From a virus (lineage: Duplodnaviria; Caudoviricetes): a DNA stretch of 30,734 nucleotides. The notes beneath the pieces are model-generated. The model worked only from the letters and a program-made list of their open reading frames with translations, searched no databases and had not been told where the DNA came from. The stretch is from positions 1-30,734 of the IMG/VR virus record IMGVR_UViG_3300032244_000297; one strand, 5' to 3'. The translations under genes and the position numbers were made by a program. Of this stretch, positions 7,706 to 15,600 are shown in pieces; within the stretch, counting starts at the first letter, position 1; the number at the start of each line of letters is the position of its first letter.

Positions 7706-7775
7706 AGTGAAGGTTTCCTTGAATGAAAGTGTTGAAAGTGAAAGAAAGTTGAAAGTTGACAGCGGCAACACGGGG

Positions 7776-7907
7776 TCAGATGAAGCGACGATTGCGGTCA
7801 TCGTCTGCGAGCAGATCGGCGGCATCTTCGGTGATATCGCCAGTCTCGGGATCGAACAGGTCATCGGGGTCGATGATGTCCACCATGTCGAAGGGGTGCG
7901 GGTTCAT
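7776..7907 (-). CDS. 43-aa highly acidic protein (not in ORF track)
   Basis: MNPHPFDMVDIIDPDDLFDPETGDITEDAADLLADDDRNRRFI; strong SD AAGGAGGTG; immediately after the ATPase stop. Confidence 0.7.
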   Translation of the reverse strand: MNPHPFDMVDIIDPDDLFDPETGDITEDAADLLADDDRNRRFI

Positions 7908-7908
7908 A

Positions 7909-9324
7909 TTACTTCACCTCCTTCATACCAGCCGTGGCGTTCGGAGTCGGGTTGTACTTGCTGAAGTCCGCAGACTTCTTCGCATACAGTTCCGAAGTGA
8001 TCCACCACACCTTGGCGTTCGCGTCCCATTGTGCGCCGAGAGACTTCACCTCGTAACGCTGCGCGAATCCTGCACCAAGCAGGTCGATGCGGTTCGCGTT
8101 GGTCAGGTCGAGCGTCGGAGCAGCAACGCGAGCGGCATCCTCGGGCGATGCAGCAGGCGCAGTCACTTCCGCGTCCACCTTCGCATAGAGCGAGCGGAAC
8201 GAATCCGCAGTCTCACGCGAGAAGCGAGCGGTGCAATGCGTGACCGCCTTCATGCGATCACCGAAGATGCCGAAGTCCTCGACAATGTGTTCCAGTCGGC
8301 GCGTGGTGATGATGTCATCACAAGCACCGTCGAAGAAACTCTTGCGAATGATCTCCGCCCACTTCACGAGATTGTCCGCGAACGATTCGTCGCGGCAGTT
8401 CGCCTTGTCCATCAGACCAAGCACGATCTTCTTCTCGACCGCCTTGGTCGGATACTCCTGCTCAATCGTGATGCGGAAGCGTTCAAGGAACGCCTCGTTC
8501 AGAATGTTGGTGCCGGTGAACTTCTCACTACCCTCACCACCCTGACCCTTCGTGTTGCCAGTGGCGACAACGCTGAAGCCAGCAGCACCCACGACATAGC
8601 GGTTCATCTTCTTCAGGAACACGCGACCATGCTCCAACACAGACTGGAGGCAGTTGATCTTACGAGGATCACCGTAGTCGAGTTCGTCAAGCAGCAGCAC
8701 CGCACCACGCTGCATTGCGACCACGACAGGTCCATCCTGCCACACGCTCTCACCGTTCACAAGGCGGAAACCACCGAGCAGGTCATCCTCGTCGGTGAAG
8801 TTCGTGAAGTTCACACGCACCACCTCACGGTTCAGACCGTTGCACACCTGTTCCACCATCGTGGTCTTGCCGTTGCCCGACAGACCCGTGATGAAGATGG
8901 GGAAGAACTTGCCCGACGCGATGATCTTCTTCACATCATTGAAGTGACCGTAGGGCACATAGGTGTCCACGCGAGCGGGGATCATCGTGCCAGCAGCGAT
9001 CTCGTTCTGCACAGTCGCAACGCCGCGTGCGAAGTTTGCGACAGTAGCAGTCGCAGACAGAGGAGCGTCAGTCGAAGTGTCAGTCGAAGTGACCACCGGA
9101 GTAGACGCAACGGGAACCGACACCTGCTGCTTGTTAGCGAGCGCAGGAATGTAGTAAGTGCCGTGCGACTGGCGATACTTCGCATCATTGAACAACCACG
9201 ACGGCACCGGCAACTTCGCCTTCGCGGCGATCATCTTCGCCTCGCCGCGGGTGAGCGAAGGACCCTTGCCCATCTTGCGTGCGGTGTCGATGAAAGTGTC
9301 GATCTTCTGAATCATGCTAGCCAT
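7909..9324 (-). CDS. MoxR/CbbQ/'CobS'-like AAA+ ATPase with an N-terminal putative DNA-binding domain and a C-terminal DUF5710-like domain
   Basis: Walker A GLSGNGKT, Walker B LLLDELD, ATGNTKG, LNEAFLERF, ITTRRL; start MASM at 9324 after GGAGA; C-terminal EVKSLGAQWDANAKVWW. Confidence 0.9.
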   Translation of the reverse strand: MASMIQKIDTFIDTARKMGKGPSLTRGEAKMIAAKAKLPVPSWLFNDAKYRQSHGTYYIPALANKQQVSVPVASTPVVTSTDTSTDAPLSATATVANFARGVATVQNEIAAGTMIPARVDTYVPYGHFNDVKKIIASGKFFPIFITGLSGNGKTTMVEQVCNGLNREVVRVNFTNFTDEDDLLGGFRLVNGESVWQDGPVVVAMQRGAVLLLDELDYGDPRKINCLQSVLEHGRVFLKKMNRYVVGAAGFSVVATGNTKGQGGEGSEKFTGTNILNEAFLERFRITIEQEYPTKAVEKKIVLGLMDKANCRDESFADNLVKWAEIIRKSFFDGACDDIITTRRLEHIVEDFGIFGDRMKAVTHCTARFSRETADSFRSLYAKVDAEVTAPAASPEDAARVAAPTLDLTNANRIDLLGAGFAQRYEVKSLGAQWDANAKVWWITSELYAKKSADFSKYNPTPNATAGMKEVK

Positions 9325-9406
9325 TCGAGTGAGTCTCCGATAGAGTTGTGTTTCACGCACCGGCAACGCGCCGGAATGCGTGGGCAGACTGTCTCTGCAC
9401 CCCTCA

Positions 9407-9435
9407 AATATACACGAAATGCGGGAATCTGGCAA
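9407..9435 (-). promoter_or_regulatory. Sigma70-type promoter for the AAA+ ATPase operon
   Basis: TTGCCA-17 bp-TATATT. Confidence 0.65.
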
Positions 9436-9475
9436 GTCTAGCGGCGCGGGAAAGTAGCGGAAATCCAACATTCTG

Positions 9476-9700
9476 TTATCGGACTCTGTATTATCGGACG
9501 CAGGTTGTCAGCGAGTTATCGGACTTTATGGATGGGCGGCTGGATGGATAATGCAAACGATATGCACCGACCCCATGCCCGTGCATAATGCGTGAATAAT
9601 CCATCCCAGTAGCGTTGGTCCTATAACTCATTCCCAGTCGAATCACTTATAGGACGCAAAGTTGCCAGCGGTTATCGGACTCTGTTATTATGGGACGCAA
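9476..9700. repeat. Cluster of TTAT(C/A/G)GGAC boxes between divergent promoters
   Basis: Plus-strand copies at 9476, 9491, 9516, 9647, 9672 and 9688; inverted copy at 9618-9626. Confidence 0.9.
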
Positions 9701-9730
9701 AGAATCGCCCGGATTCCCGGCGCTCGGCAC

Positions 9731-9759
9731 TTGCGCCTGGATGCAGGAAAGGCTATAAT
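9731..9759 (+). promoter_or_regulatory. Sigma70-type promoter, probably giving a leaderless mRNA
   Basis: TTGCGC-17 bp-TATAAT ending 6 nt before the ATG at 9766. Confidence 0.65.
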
Positions 9760-9765
9760 ATCTGC

Positions 9766-12123
9766 ATGGCTACCAATATGCCCACACTTTCCACCGTGTC
9801 CACTATGGACGAAACACTCTCGCAAGTTACTCGCGCCCGCGATGCGTGTGCGCGTCTGATGGCAACGGAGAACATTTCCGTTGTGCATGATCCTGCAATG
9901 CACACCGCTACTTTCGACACCGTGAGCCGCACGCTCACGCTTCCCGTGTGGAAGGATTGCCCGAGTGATGTGTACGATATGCTCGTCGCACACGAGGTTG
10001 GTCACGCTCTCTACACTCCCGAGGGCAGCAAGCGTCTGATCGAAGCGATCAAGGACATTGATCCTCGCCGTCCGCAGTTCAGCAAGATGCTGCTGAATAT
10101 CTGCGAGGATGCCCGCATCGAACGCTTCATCAAGAACAAGTATCCGGGCGTTGGTCGCTCATTCGCTCGCGGTTACGAGTGGATGATGGGCAAGGATTTC
10201 TTTCAGATCAAGGGTCAGAATATCGCCGGGTTGAATCTGCCCGACCGTGTGAACCTGTACTTCAAGCCGGGTCTGTACGGTCATGTGTCCATTCCGTTCA
10301 ACGCTGCCGAGCAGGCAGTTGTGGATCAGGTTGCTGCTGCTAACACCTTCGATCAGATGATCGAAGCGGCGAAGGCGCTCTATGCTCTTTCGCAGAAGCA
10401 GCAGGAGAATGAGAATGAGCAGCGGTACGATCAGAGTCAGTCGCAGTCGAGCGAAGGCAACGGCGAGGACGGCGATCAGGATGGCAACGGTGAGAGTCAG
10501 TCCGATCAACAGGGTGACGAGCAGGGTCAGTCGAGTGGCAGTAAGTCGAGCGATCAGAATGATAAGCAGCAGGGTTCCAAGCCGAGCAACAACGGCAGCA
10601 AGGACCGCAGCAGCAAGTCTGATTTCGGTCAGAAGTCCACGCAGGATTCGATGGAGCAGTCGCTTCGCAAGATGTGCGACGACAACTCCATGCCGATCAG
10701 CAACTGCAATATCCCCGATCAGAACCTCGACAAGATCGTGTATCCGTTCAAGGACATCGCCGCTGACATCGCTGCTTTCGAGAAGGACTTCGCAAGCATT
10801 TGTGCCAGCAAGGGTGCAGACACACTTCAGCATCGTGGTGGCAAGTCGCCCGAAGCGCGACTGACCGAGTTCACCCGTGAGAATCGTTCGGCGATCCTCA
10901 CGATGGTGCGTCGCTTTGAAATGAAGATGAATGCTGATGTCGCTCGTCGTACTAGCGAATCGCGTTCGGGTACTATCAACATGAGTCGCATTCACTCGTA
11001 CAAGTTGATTGACGATATCTTCCTGACCAACAGCGAAGTCGCTGCTGGCAAGAATCACGGCGTTGTGTTCTACCTCGACTGGAGCAGCAGCATGAACTGT
11101 TCTCTGCACAATACGGTGAAGCAGTTGTTGAACATGACGGAGTTCTGCAAGGCGCTGAACATTCCGTTCGATGTGTATGCTTTCAGCACCATGCCCGTCG
11201 CCGCAGCAGGCAAGAAGGGTGATCGGTGGGGCAGCAAGATTCAAGAGGAAATGTATCCCGGCTTGGAGAAGGACCCCAACGGCATGAGCATCGGTTCGTG
11301 TTTCGGTCTGCTGCACTTCCTTTCTAGCAGCATGAGCAAGGGCGAGTATCGCACCGTCGCTGCGTGGCTGTTGGAGTTCTCTGCTTATAATCAGGGACTG
11401 CTGAAGATGGACTATTCGAGCAACTACTACACCGCCCTGCACAACAAGGTGAATCACTTGTCGCTCGACGGTACTCCGCTCGACAACGCCGTTCTGTCTG
11501 CATTCAAGATCGTGCCGAAGTTCAAGGCGAAGTACAATCTGCAAGTGGTCACTTGCTGCATCCTGACGGACGGTGAAGCGTGCGGCGACTGCCTCAATCG
11601 CAAGTCTGGCTACAACTCCAAGACTCAACGCTACACTTCGGGTCGCGGTATCGTTACGCTCAACGGCAAGCGGTACTGCACCGCCGATGGCAAGCGTGAC
11701 ACGATCCCGTCGTGGTGCTTCCTCATGGAAGTGTTGAAGAATGCCTACGGTGTGAACACTATGGGCATCTTCCTCGCCGATGGTGGAGCGCAGCGCATGA
11801 ACGGTATCATCGAAGGCTACTTTGAGAATGCCTACGGTGTCACCTTCAAGACCAACGCGACTCACCTCGCCGCATACTCTGCTGCCGTGGAGATGCTGAA
11901 GGAAGAGGACTTCGCCGTGGTGCCGCGTGGTGGGTTCGACAAGTTCCTGCTGATTCGTGCAGGTAACGAGATCGTGAACGCTGCTGATGTGTTGGACAAG
12001 GTTGACGCGGGCGACACTCGCGCCGCTGGCAACGCATTCCGCAAGGGTATGTCGAAGCGACTCACTTCTCGCAACCTGCTGACGGTCATCGCGGACACCT
12101 GCTCGACCTGCGTGGGCATCTGA
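9766..12123 (+). CDS. HExxH metallopeptidase-like + vWA (MIDAS) protein, 'CobT'-like partner of the MoxR ATPase
   Basis: AHEVGH...NICEDARIE, Q/S/D/N-rich linker, MIDAS DWSSSM...GTP...LTDGE. Confidence 0.9.
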   Translation: MATNMPTLSTVSTMDETLSQVTRARDACARLMATENISVVHDPAMHTATFDTVSRTLTLPVWKDCPSDVYDMLVAHEVGHALYTPEGSKRLIEAIKDIDPRRPQFSKMLLNICEDARIERFIKNKYPGVGRSFARGYEWMMGKDFFQIKGQNIAGLNLPDRVNLYFKPGLYGHVSIPFNAAEQAVVDQVAAANTFDQMIEAAKALYALSQKQQENENEQRYDQSQSQSSEGNGEDGDQDGNGESQSDQQGDEQGQSSGSKSSDQNDKQQGSKPSNNGSKDRSSKSDFGQKSTQDSMEQSLRKMCDDNSMPISNCNIPDQNLDKIVYPFKDIAADIAAFEKDFASICASKGADTLQHRGGKSPEARLTEFTRENRSAILTMVRRFEMKMNADVARRTSESRSGTINMSRIHSYKLIDDIFLTNSEVAAGKNHGVVFYLDWSSSMNCSLHNTVKQLLNMTEFCKALNIPFDVYAFSTMPVAAAGKKGDRWGSKIQEEMYPGLEKDPNGMSIGSCFGLLHFLSSSMSKGEYRTVAAWLLEFSAYNQGLLKMDYSSNYYTALHNKVNHLSLDGTPLDNAVLSAFKIVPKFKAKYNLQVVTCCILTDGEACGDCLNRKSGYNSKTQRYTSGRGIVTLNGKRYCTADGKRDTIPSWCFLMEVLKNAYGVNTMGIFLADGGAQRMNGIIEGYFENAYGVTFKTNATHLAAYSAAVEMLKEEDFAVVPRGGFDKFLLIRAGNEIVNAADVLDKVDAGDTRAAGNAFRKGMSKRLTSRNLLTVIADTCSTCVGI

Positions 12124-12160
12124 TCGTTTTTCTCGCACATTCACGAAAGGAAACTGAAAT

Positions 12161-12343
12161 ATGAAAACCAAAACCAAGAAGAAGAAGAAGAATCCCGCAA
12201 TGACCATTCGCATCGAAGCGAATGATGCGGCGATGGTGGATTTGCAGCATTTCGTGCAGCATTTGAACGACACGCTCGCGTATGACGCAATGTGTTCGAT
12301 GACCACGCCGTGGTCCATCAAGATCATCAAGAAGGAGAACTGA
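12161..12343 (+). CDS. Hypothetical protein
   Basis: GAAAGGAA SD; in an operon with the vWA gene. Confidence 0.6.
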   Translation: MKTKTKKKKKNPAMTIRIEANDAAMVDLQHFVQHLNDTLAYDAMCSMTTPWSIKIIKKEN

Positions 12344-12346
12344 ACT

Positions 12347-12799
12347 ATGGGTTACTATCACGCCATCATCGAGGACAACTTCACCATTCCTGTCGCGGGA
12401 TTTGCTCCCATCTGCAAGCATATGATCGACTGCGGATTCACTAACCCGACCGAGCAAGTCGCAAGCGGTAGGACATTCTCCGGTAAGCAAACGCAGGAAG
12501 TGTTCTACTCTTGGACCTCCACCGATAAGTTGGTCGCTTGCGCGTTGGAGAATGACCTGATCGGCATTTTCAAGGAGTTCGGTTTTGATGTGCAGATGGA
12601 TGGTGAAGGTGGCATTTGTGGTTTGTCTTACGATAACAAGTCTGGCGACGAGGACCAGTTGTTCCGAGTAATCGCGCCGTTCATGGAGGACTATCAGTTT
12701 GTTTCATTCCGTGGCGAAGATGGTGCGCTGTATCGGTACTTCTTCGTGAATCAGGAACTTCGCGTGTGCGAAGGAAAGATATTCTTCAAGATGAAGTAA
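12347..12799 (+). CDS. Hypothetical phage protein
   Basis: AAGGAG SD, 150 aa, followed by a terminator. Confidence 0.8.
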   Translation: MGYYHAIIEDNFTIPVAGFAPICKHMIDCGFTNPTEQVASGRTFSGKQTQEVFYSWTSTDKLVACALENDLIGIFKEFGFDVQMDGEGGICGLSYDNKSGDEDQLFRVIAPFMEDYQFVSFRGEDGALYRYFFVNQELRVCEGKIFFKMK

Positions 12800-12820
12800 T
12801 CGAAAGGGTATGGTAGCCCG

Positions 12821-12850
12821 AAGCCAGCAGAGCGATCTGCTGGCTTTTTT
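12821..12850 (+). terminator. Rho-independent terminator
   Basis: AAGCCAGCAGA-GCGA-TCTGCTGGCTT followed by a T-run. Confidence 0.9.
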
Positions 12851-13020
12851 CATTTCTTCACTTTTCAGTTTTTGATGCAGTTTTTTATCACGCGCAGGTG
12901 TTAGCAGATCGAACGCCGCACCACGCCGCGAATCTTCGCATATGCTCGGAAACTTGCACTTTCCCCACACTTTGGAAACTTGCAGAAACCCGCAGATGAT
13001 CTGCAAGAAACGCAAGCGGC

Positions 13021-13218
13021 TGCCAGCGGCGTTATCGGACTCTGGTTATCGGACGCAAAGTTGCCAGCGATTTTACCATATGGATATGGACACACTTCGG
13101 ACACAAATATTGTCCCATAATCTTGGGCTGCCGCTTGACATTATCGGTCCTTGTGGTATAATACATGGGTTATGCGTCCGATATGCGTCCGAAACGCATT
13201 TGTGTCACAAGTGTGTCC
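13021..13218. repeat. Second TTATCGGAC box cluster plus a 21-bp inverted repeat
   Basis: Boxes at 13032 and 13046 (+), 13112-13120 (-); TATGCGTCCGA x2 at 13171-13192; inverted repeat 13088-13108/13198-13218 (19/21). Confidence 0.85.
13135..13162 (+). promoter_or_regulatory. Consensus sigma70 promoter with no downstream gene
   Basis: TTGACA-16 bp-TATAAT with TG extension; spacer contains TTATCGGTC. Confidence 0.75.
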
Positions 13219-13244
13219 GATGAATAGAAGTGCATATTTATGAA

Positions 13245-13847
13245 TCAGAAATATGCTTCTAGCAGTTCAAATATCTTCCTCGGGCATGATTTATGAGCTT
13301 TAGCCCGGAAAGTGTCGGGCATTTCACTCATTACTTTGCTACTTCGATACGGTGATTTCTTGAAGTTCCATTTGCGAAGAAACATATTTACATAGTGTGA
13401 ATAAATATACATATTCGCTCGCTTGATGTATTTCGACATTTCAATATCTAACTTATGTTTCTGAATACATTTCACCGCACGCATTTCTGTGTCGCGCTCG
13501 AATAGCATGACACTATGAAATGCCTTCACGATTGCAGGATTCAACTCACCCTTACCGGCGTGCAGGTAGTCCTGAACAAGACGAGCAGCACGATCCTCGC
13601 GCTCGACTAGAGAATCTGAACTATCAAGCCATTGGAGAAAATGGGCATACTCGTGTACAAGGGTTTCTAGCCATTGTACACCACCCTTTCCAACCTTTAT
13701 ACATTTCGTATCAATGTCGAAGAAGCCTTCGCATCTCCAATTCTCACCTGAATTAACTCTCTTACCCCTACCAAGATATAGGGTGAAGCCGTACTCGGCG
13801 AGGTGATTGCGAACATGAGCCACGAATTGTTTAGTATTCGTCTTCAT
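13245..13847 (-). CDS. HExxH zinc-metallopeptidase-like protein
   Basis: LETLVHEYAHFLQW and a downstream ERDTE. Confidence 0.75.
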   Translation of the reverse strand: MKTNTKQFVAHVRNHLAEYGFTLYLGRGKRVNSGENWRCEGFFDIDTKCIKVGKGGVQWLETLVHEYAHFLQWLDSSDSLVEREDRAARLVQDYLHAGKGELNPAIVKAFHSVMLFERDTEMRAVKCIQKHKLDIEMSKYIKRANMYIYSHYVNMFLRKWNFKKSPYRSSKVMSEMPDTFRAKAHKSCPRKIFELLEAYF

Positions 13848-13855
13848 ATGCTATA

Positions 13856-13884
13856 AGTATATAGCCTGTATGGGTATAAGTCAA
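13856..13884 (-). promoter_or_regulatory. Sigma70-type promoter (near-leaderless)
   Basis: TTGACT-17 bp-TATACT ending 8 nt before the ATG at 13847. Confidence 0.7.
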
Positions 13885-13889
13885 GAACT

Positions 13890-14037
13890 ATTTCGACTGG
13901 AGAATTTCAAATAATATCCATTTCGACTGGAGAATTTTAAATAATATCCATTTCGACTGGAGAATTTTCATTTGAATAGAGAATTTTCATTTCGAGTGGA
14001 GAATCTGGGGAATAAATATATTCGACTGGAGAATTTT
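13890..14037. repeat. Iteron-like direct repeat array, core TTCGA(C/G)TGGAGAAT
   Basis: Five cores at 13892, 13922, 13952, 13991 and 14021 (spacing 30,30,39,30) with AT-rich linkers. Confidence 0.9.
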
Positions 14038-14041
14038 GAAT

Positions 14042-14326
14042 ATGCCTAATTATGAATATTTGTGTCATGGATGCGGTCACACATTTGGAGAATTCTTTAA
14101 AATGGATGATCGTAAAAAACCAGAAAAGAAACCTTGCCCTCAATGCAAACAAAAGAAAGTTAAGCAGGAATGTTTAACTGCTCCAGGTGTTGCAATGGAT
14201 ACCAACATGAGAGTTGATGGTCCTGCAAAAGGTGGGTTCAAAGATGTAATGAATAAGGTTATTGGTGGTCCTTCAATGAAGGGAACCAAGGCTGCAAAGA
14301 TGATGAAAGATCGTTACGGTCTTTAA
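14042..14326 (+). CDS. FmdB-family zinc-ribbon protein
   Basis: MPNYEYLCHGCGHTF...PCPQC. Confidence 0.85.
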   Translation: MPNYEYLCHGCGHTFGEFFKMDDRKKPEKKPCPQCKQKKVKQECLTAPGVAMDTNMRVDGPAKGGFKDVMNKVIGGPSMKGTKAAKMMKDRYGL

Positions 14327-14466
14327 CTAACTTTAGTAACTCTTAACTTAACATCAATATCTGCTGGATACATTTTTGGCAAACCAGAACGGGAAACACC
14401 TTCTGGTCGCTTTCTATTTTTGTATCCGCCCTTTGCAAACTTTCCTGTTTTTCTATTCTTTGCCAT
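14323..14466 (-). CDS. 47-aa basic micro-ORF (not in ORF track)
   Basis: MAKNRKTGKFAKGGYKNRKRPEG...; begins 3 nt after the stop of 14470..15582. Confidence 0.45.
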   Translation of the reverse strand: MAKNRKTGKFAKGGYKNRKRPEGVSRSGLPKMYPADIDVKLRVTKVS

Positions 14467-14469
14467 GGA

Positions 14470-15582
14470 TTACTTCTTTCTTTTCTTCTTGATACTCATC
14501 ACTTTTTTCAATTTGGATGGTGATGATATTTCTCCAACAGTACTACCAGATCCCTTGATACTACTATGTGGATCGCTCTGTGAAGTAAACTTCATTCTAT
14601 GTACAGCAAATGTCTTATCTTTGTGTTTGAATAAAATTCGTGTTCCACTCTTGTGTACACTTAAATTCTTATGGTCATCTATCATATGACTCCATGCTGT
14701 GCTTGGATCATAACTGTGATGCTTTTGTTCTCCACCAGAATGATATGTCATATGACGAATGTGATGATGTCCTGCTCTTTGTAATGGAGTTGGATGTGAT
14801 TGTAGCACATGTGTTTTTATATGATGTGCTAAATCCTTTCCTGACATTTCACTTAATTTACCGTGAAGATGTGAAGTAATTCGTTTGAGTGTCTTTGTAT
14901 TTCTTCCACGAATATATGATCTAATTCTTGGATGTTTTTCCATTATTTCTCTTCGTTCTGCACTACCCTTGTTACGAAGTTTTGGGAATTTCTTAAGAAT
15001 GTGTCTTCTGTGAGATTCAAGAATCTTTGCTCCACCATAAGTAGATTCTATACCAGGATTTGATACTGGAACATGCTTGTTTGAACTATCAGATACTTTC
15101 AAACTTACACCATGATGTGTAATTTTCTTACCTCTTCTAGTGTGAATAATGATATCAGAAGCATCTTCTTTTTGTGAAGAATGAACTCCTGTTGATCTAT
15201 GGATATCACCCGGTTTTGATGACCAATGAACATCATGGACATCACCGTGTGCTTTTAAATGTTCTTCTCTGATATGAGCAGCAGCGGTCTTTGCTCTTTT
15301 GTGTATTTTCTTATATTCATCTGGATGGATTTGATCCCTCAATCTATCATGAACTTGTTTTGGACTTTCACCTGTAATGTCTTGGTGCTTAGTCATATGA
15401 CCACCCTTTAAATGGTAACCAACTAACAGTTCGTGCAATTTACCTTTTGTATCGCTTGATGCGGACTTTGCTGCTTTCTTGGCTTCTACAAGATAAAGCA
15501 ATTCATATTCTGCGTCATTTTGAACAAAATTTAAAATAAGTGTTTCGGTTATAAACTTGTCTTTTAGTTGTTTGATATTCAT
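14470..15582 (-). CDS. His-rich protein with a PD-(D/E)xK-like nuclease motif; probable virion-internal protein
   Basis: GKLHE...ASDIII...GVSLK; 40 His in 370 aa; acidic leader ending LVE|A. Confidence 0.7.
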   Translation of the reverse strand: MNIKQLKDKFITETLILNFVQNDAEYELLYLVEAKKAAKSASSDTKGKLHELLVGYHLKGGHMTKHQDITGESPKQVHDRLRDQIHPDEYKKIHKRAKTAAAHIREEHLKAHGDVHDVHWSSKPGDIHRSTGVHSSQKEDASDIIIHTRRGKKITHHGVSLKVSDSSNKHVPVSNPGIESTYGGAKILESHRRHILKKFPKLRNKGSAERREIMEKHPRIRSYIRGRNTKTLKRITSHLHGKLSEMSGKDLAHHIKTHVLQSHPTPLQRAGHHHIRHMTYHSGGEQKHHSYDPSTAWSHMIDDHKNLSVHKSGTRILFKHKDKTFAVHRMKFTSQSDPHSSIKGSGSTVGEISSPSKLKKVMSIKKKRKK

Positions 15583-15600
15583 GTTATTCTCTTCTTCTAT

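Noticed and set aside
7756-9441. 561-aa plus-strand ORF
   Set aside because: Antisense shadow of the AAA+ ATPase produced by codon bias; no motifs or SD.
9325-9471. 49-aa N-terminal extension of the ATPase in the ORF track
   Set aside because: It overlaps the predicted promoter; the SD supports a start at 9324.
7909-12123. True cobaltochelatase CobS/CobT supplying B12 for NrdJ
   Set aside because: No CobN or other cob genes; the extra peptidase and putative nucleic-acid-binding domains fit a generic MoxR-vWA pair.
10159-12330. 723-aa minus-strand ORF
   Set aside because: Antisense shadow of the vWA-peptidase gene.
12704-13223. ORFs at 12704..13015, 12901..13104 and 12942..13223
   Set aside because: They span the terminator, repeat boxes and promoter; no coding signal.
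13890-14037. CRISPR array
   Set aside because: Inter-repeat segments are short and mostly identical rather than unique spacers; no cas genes in the window.
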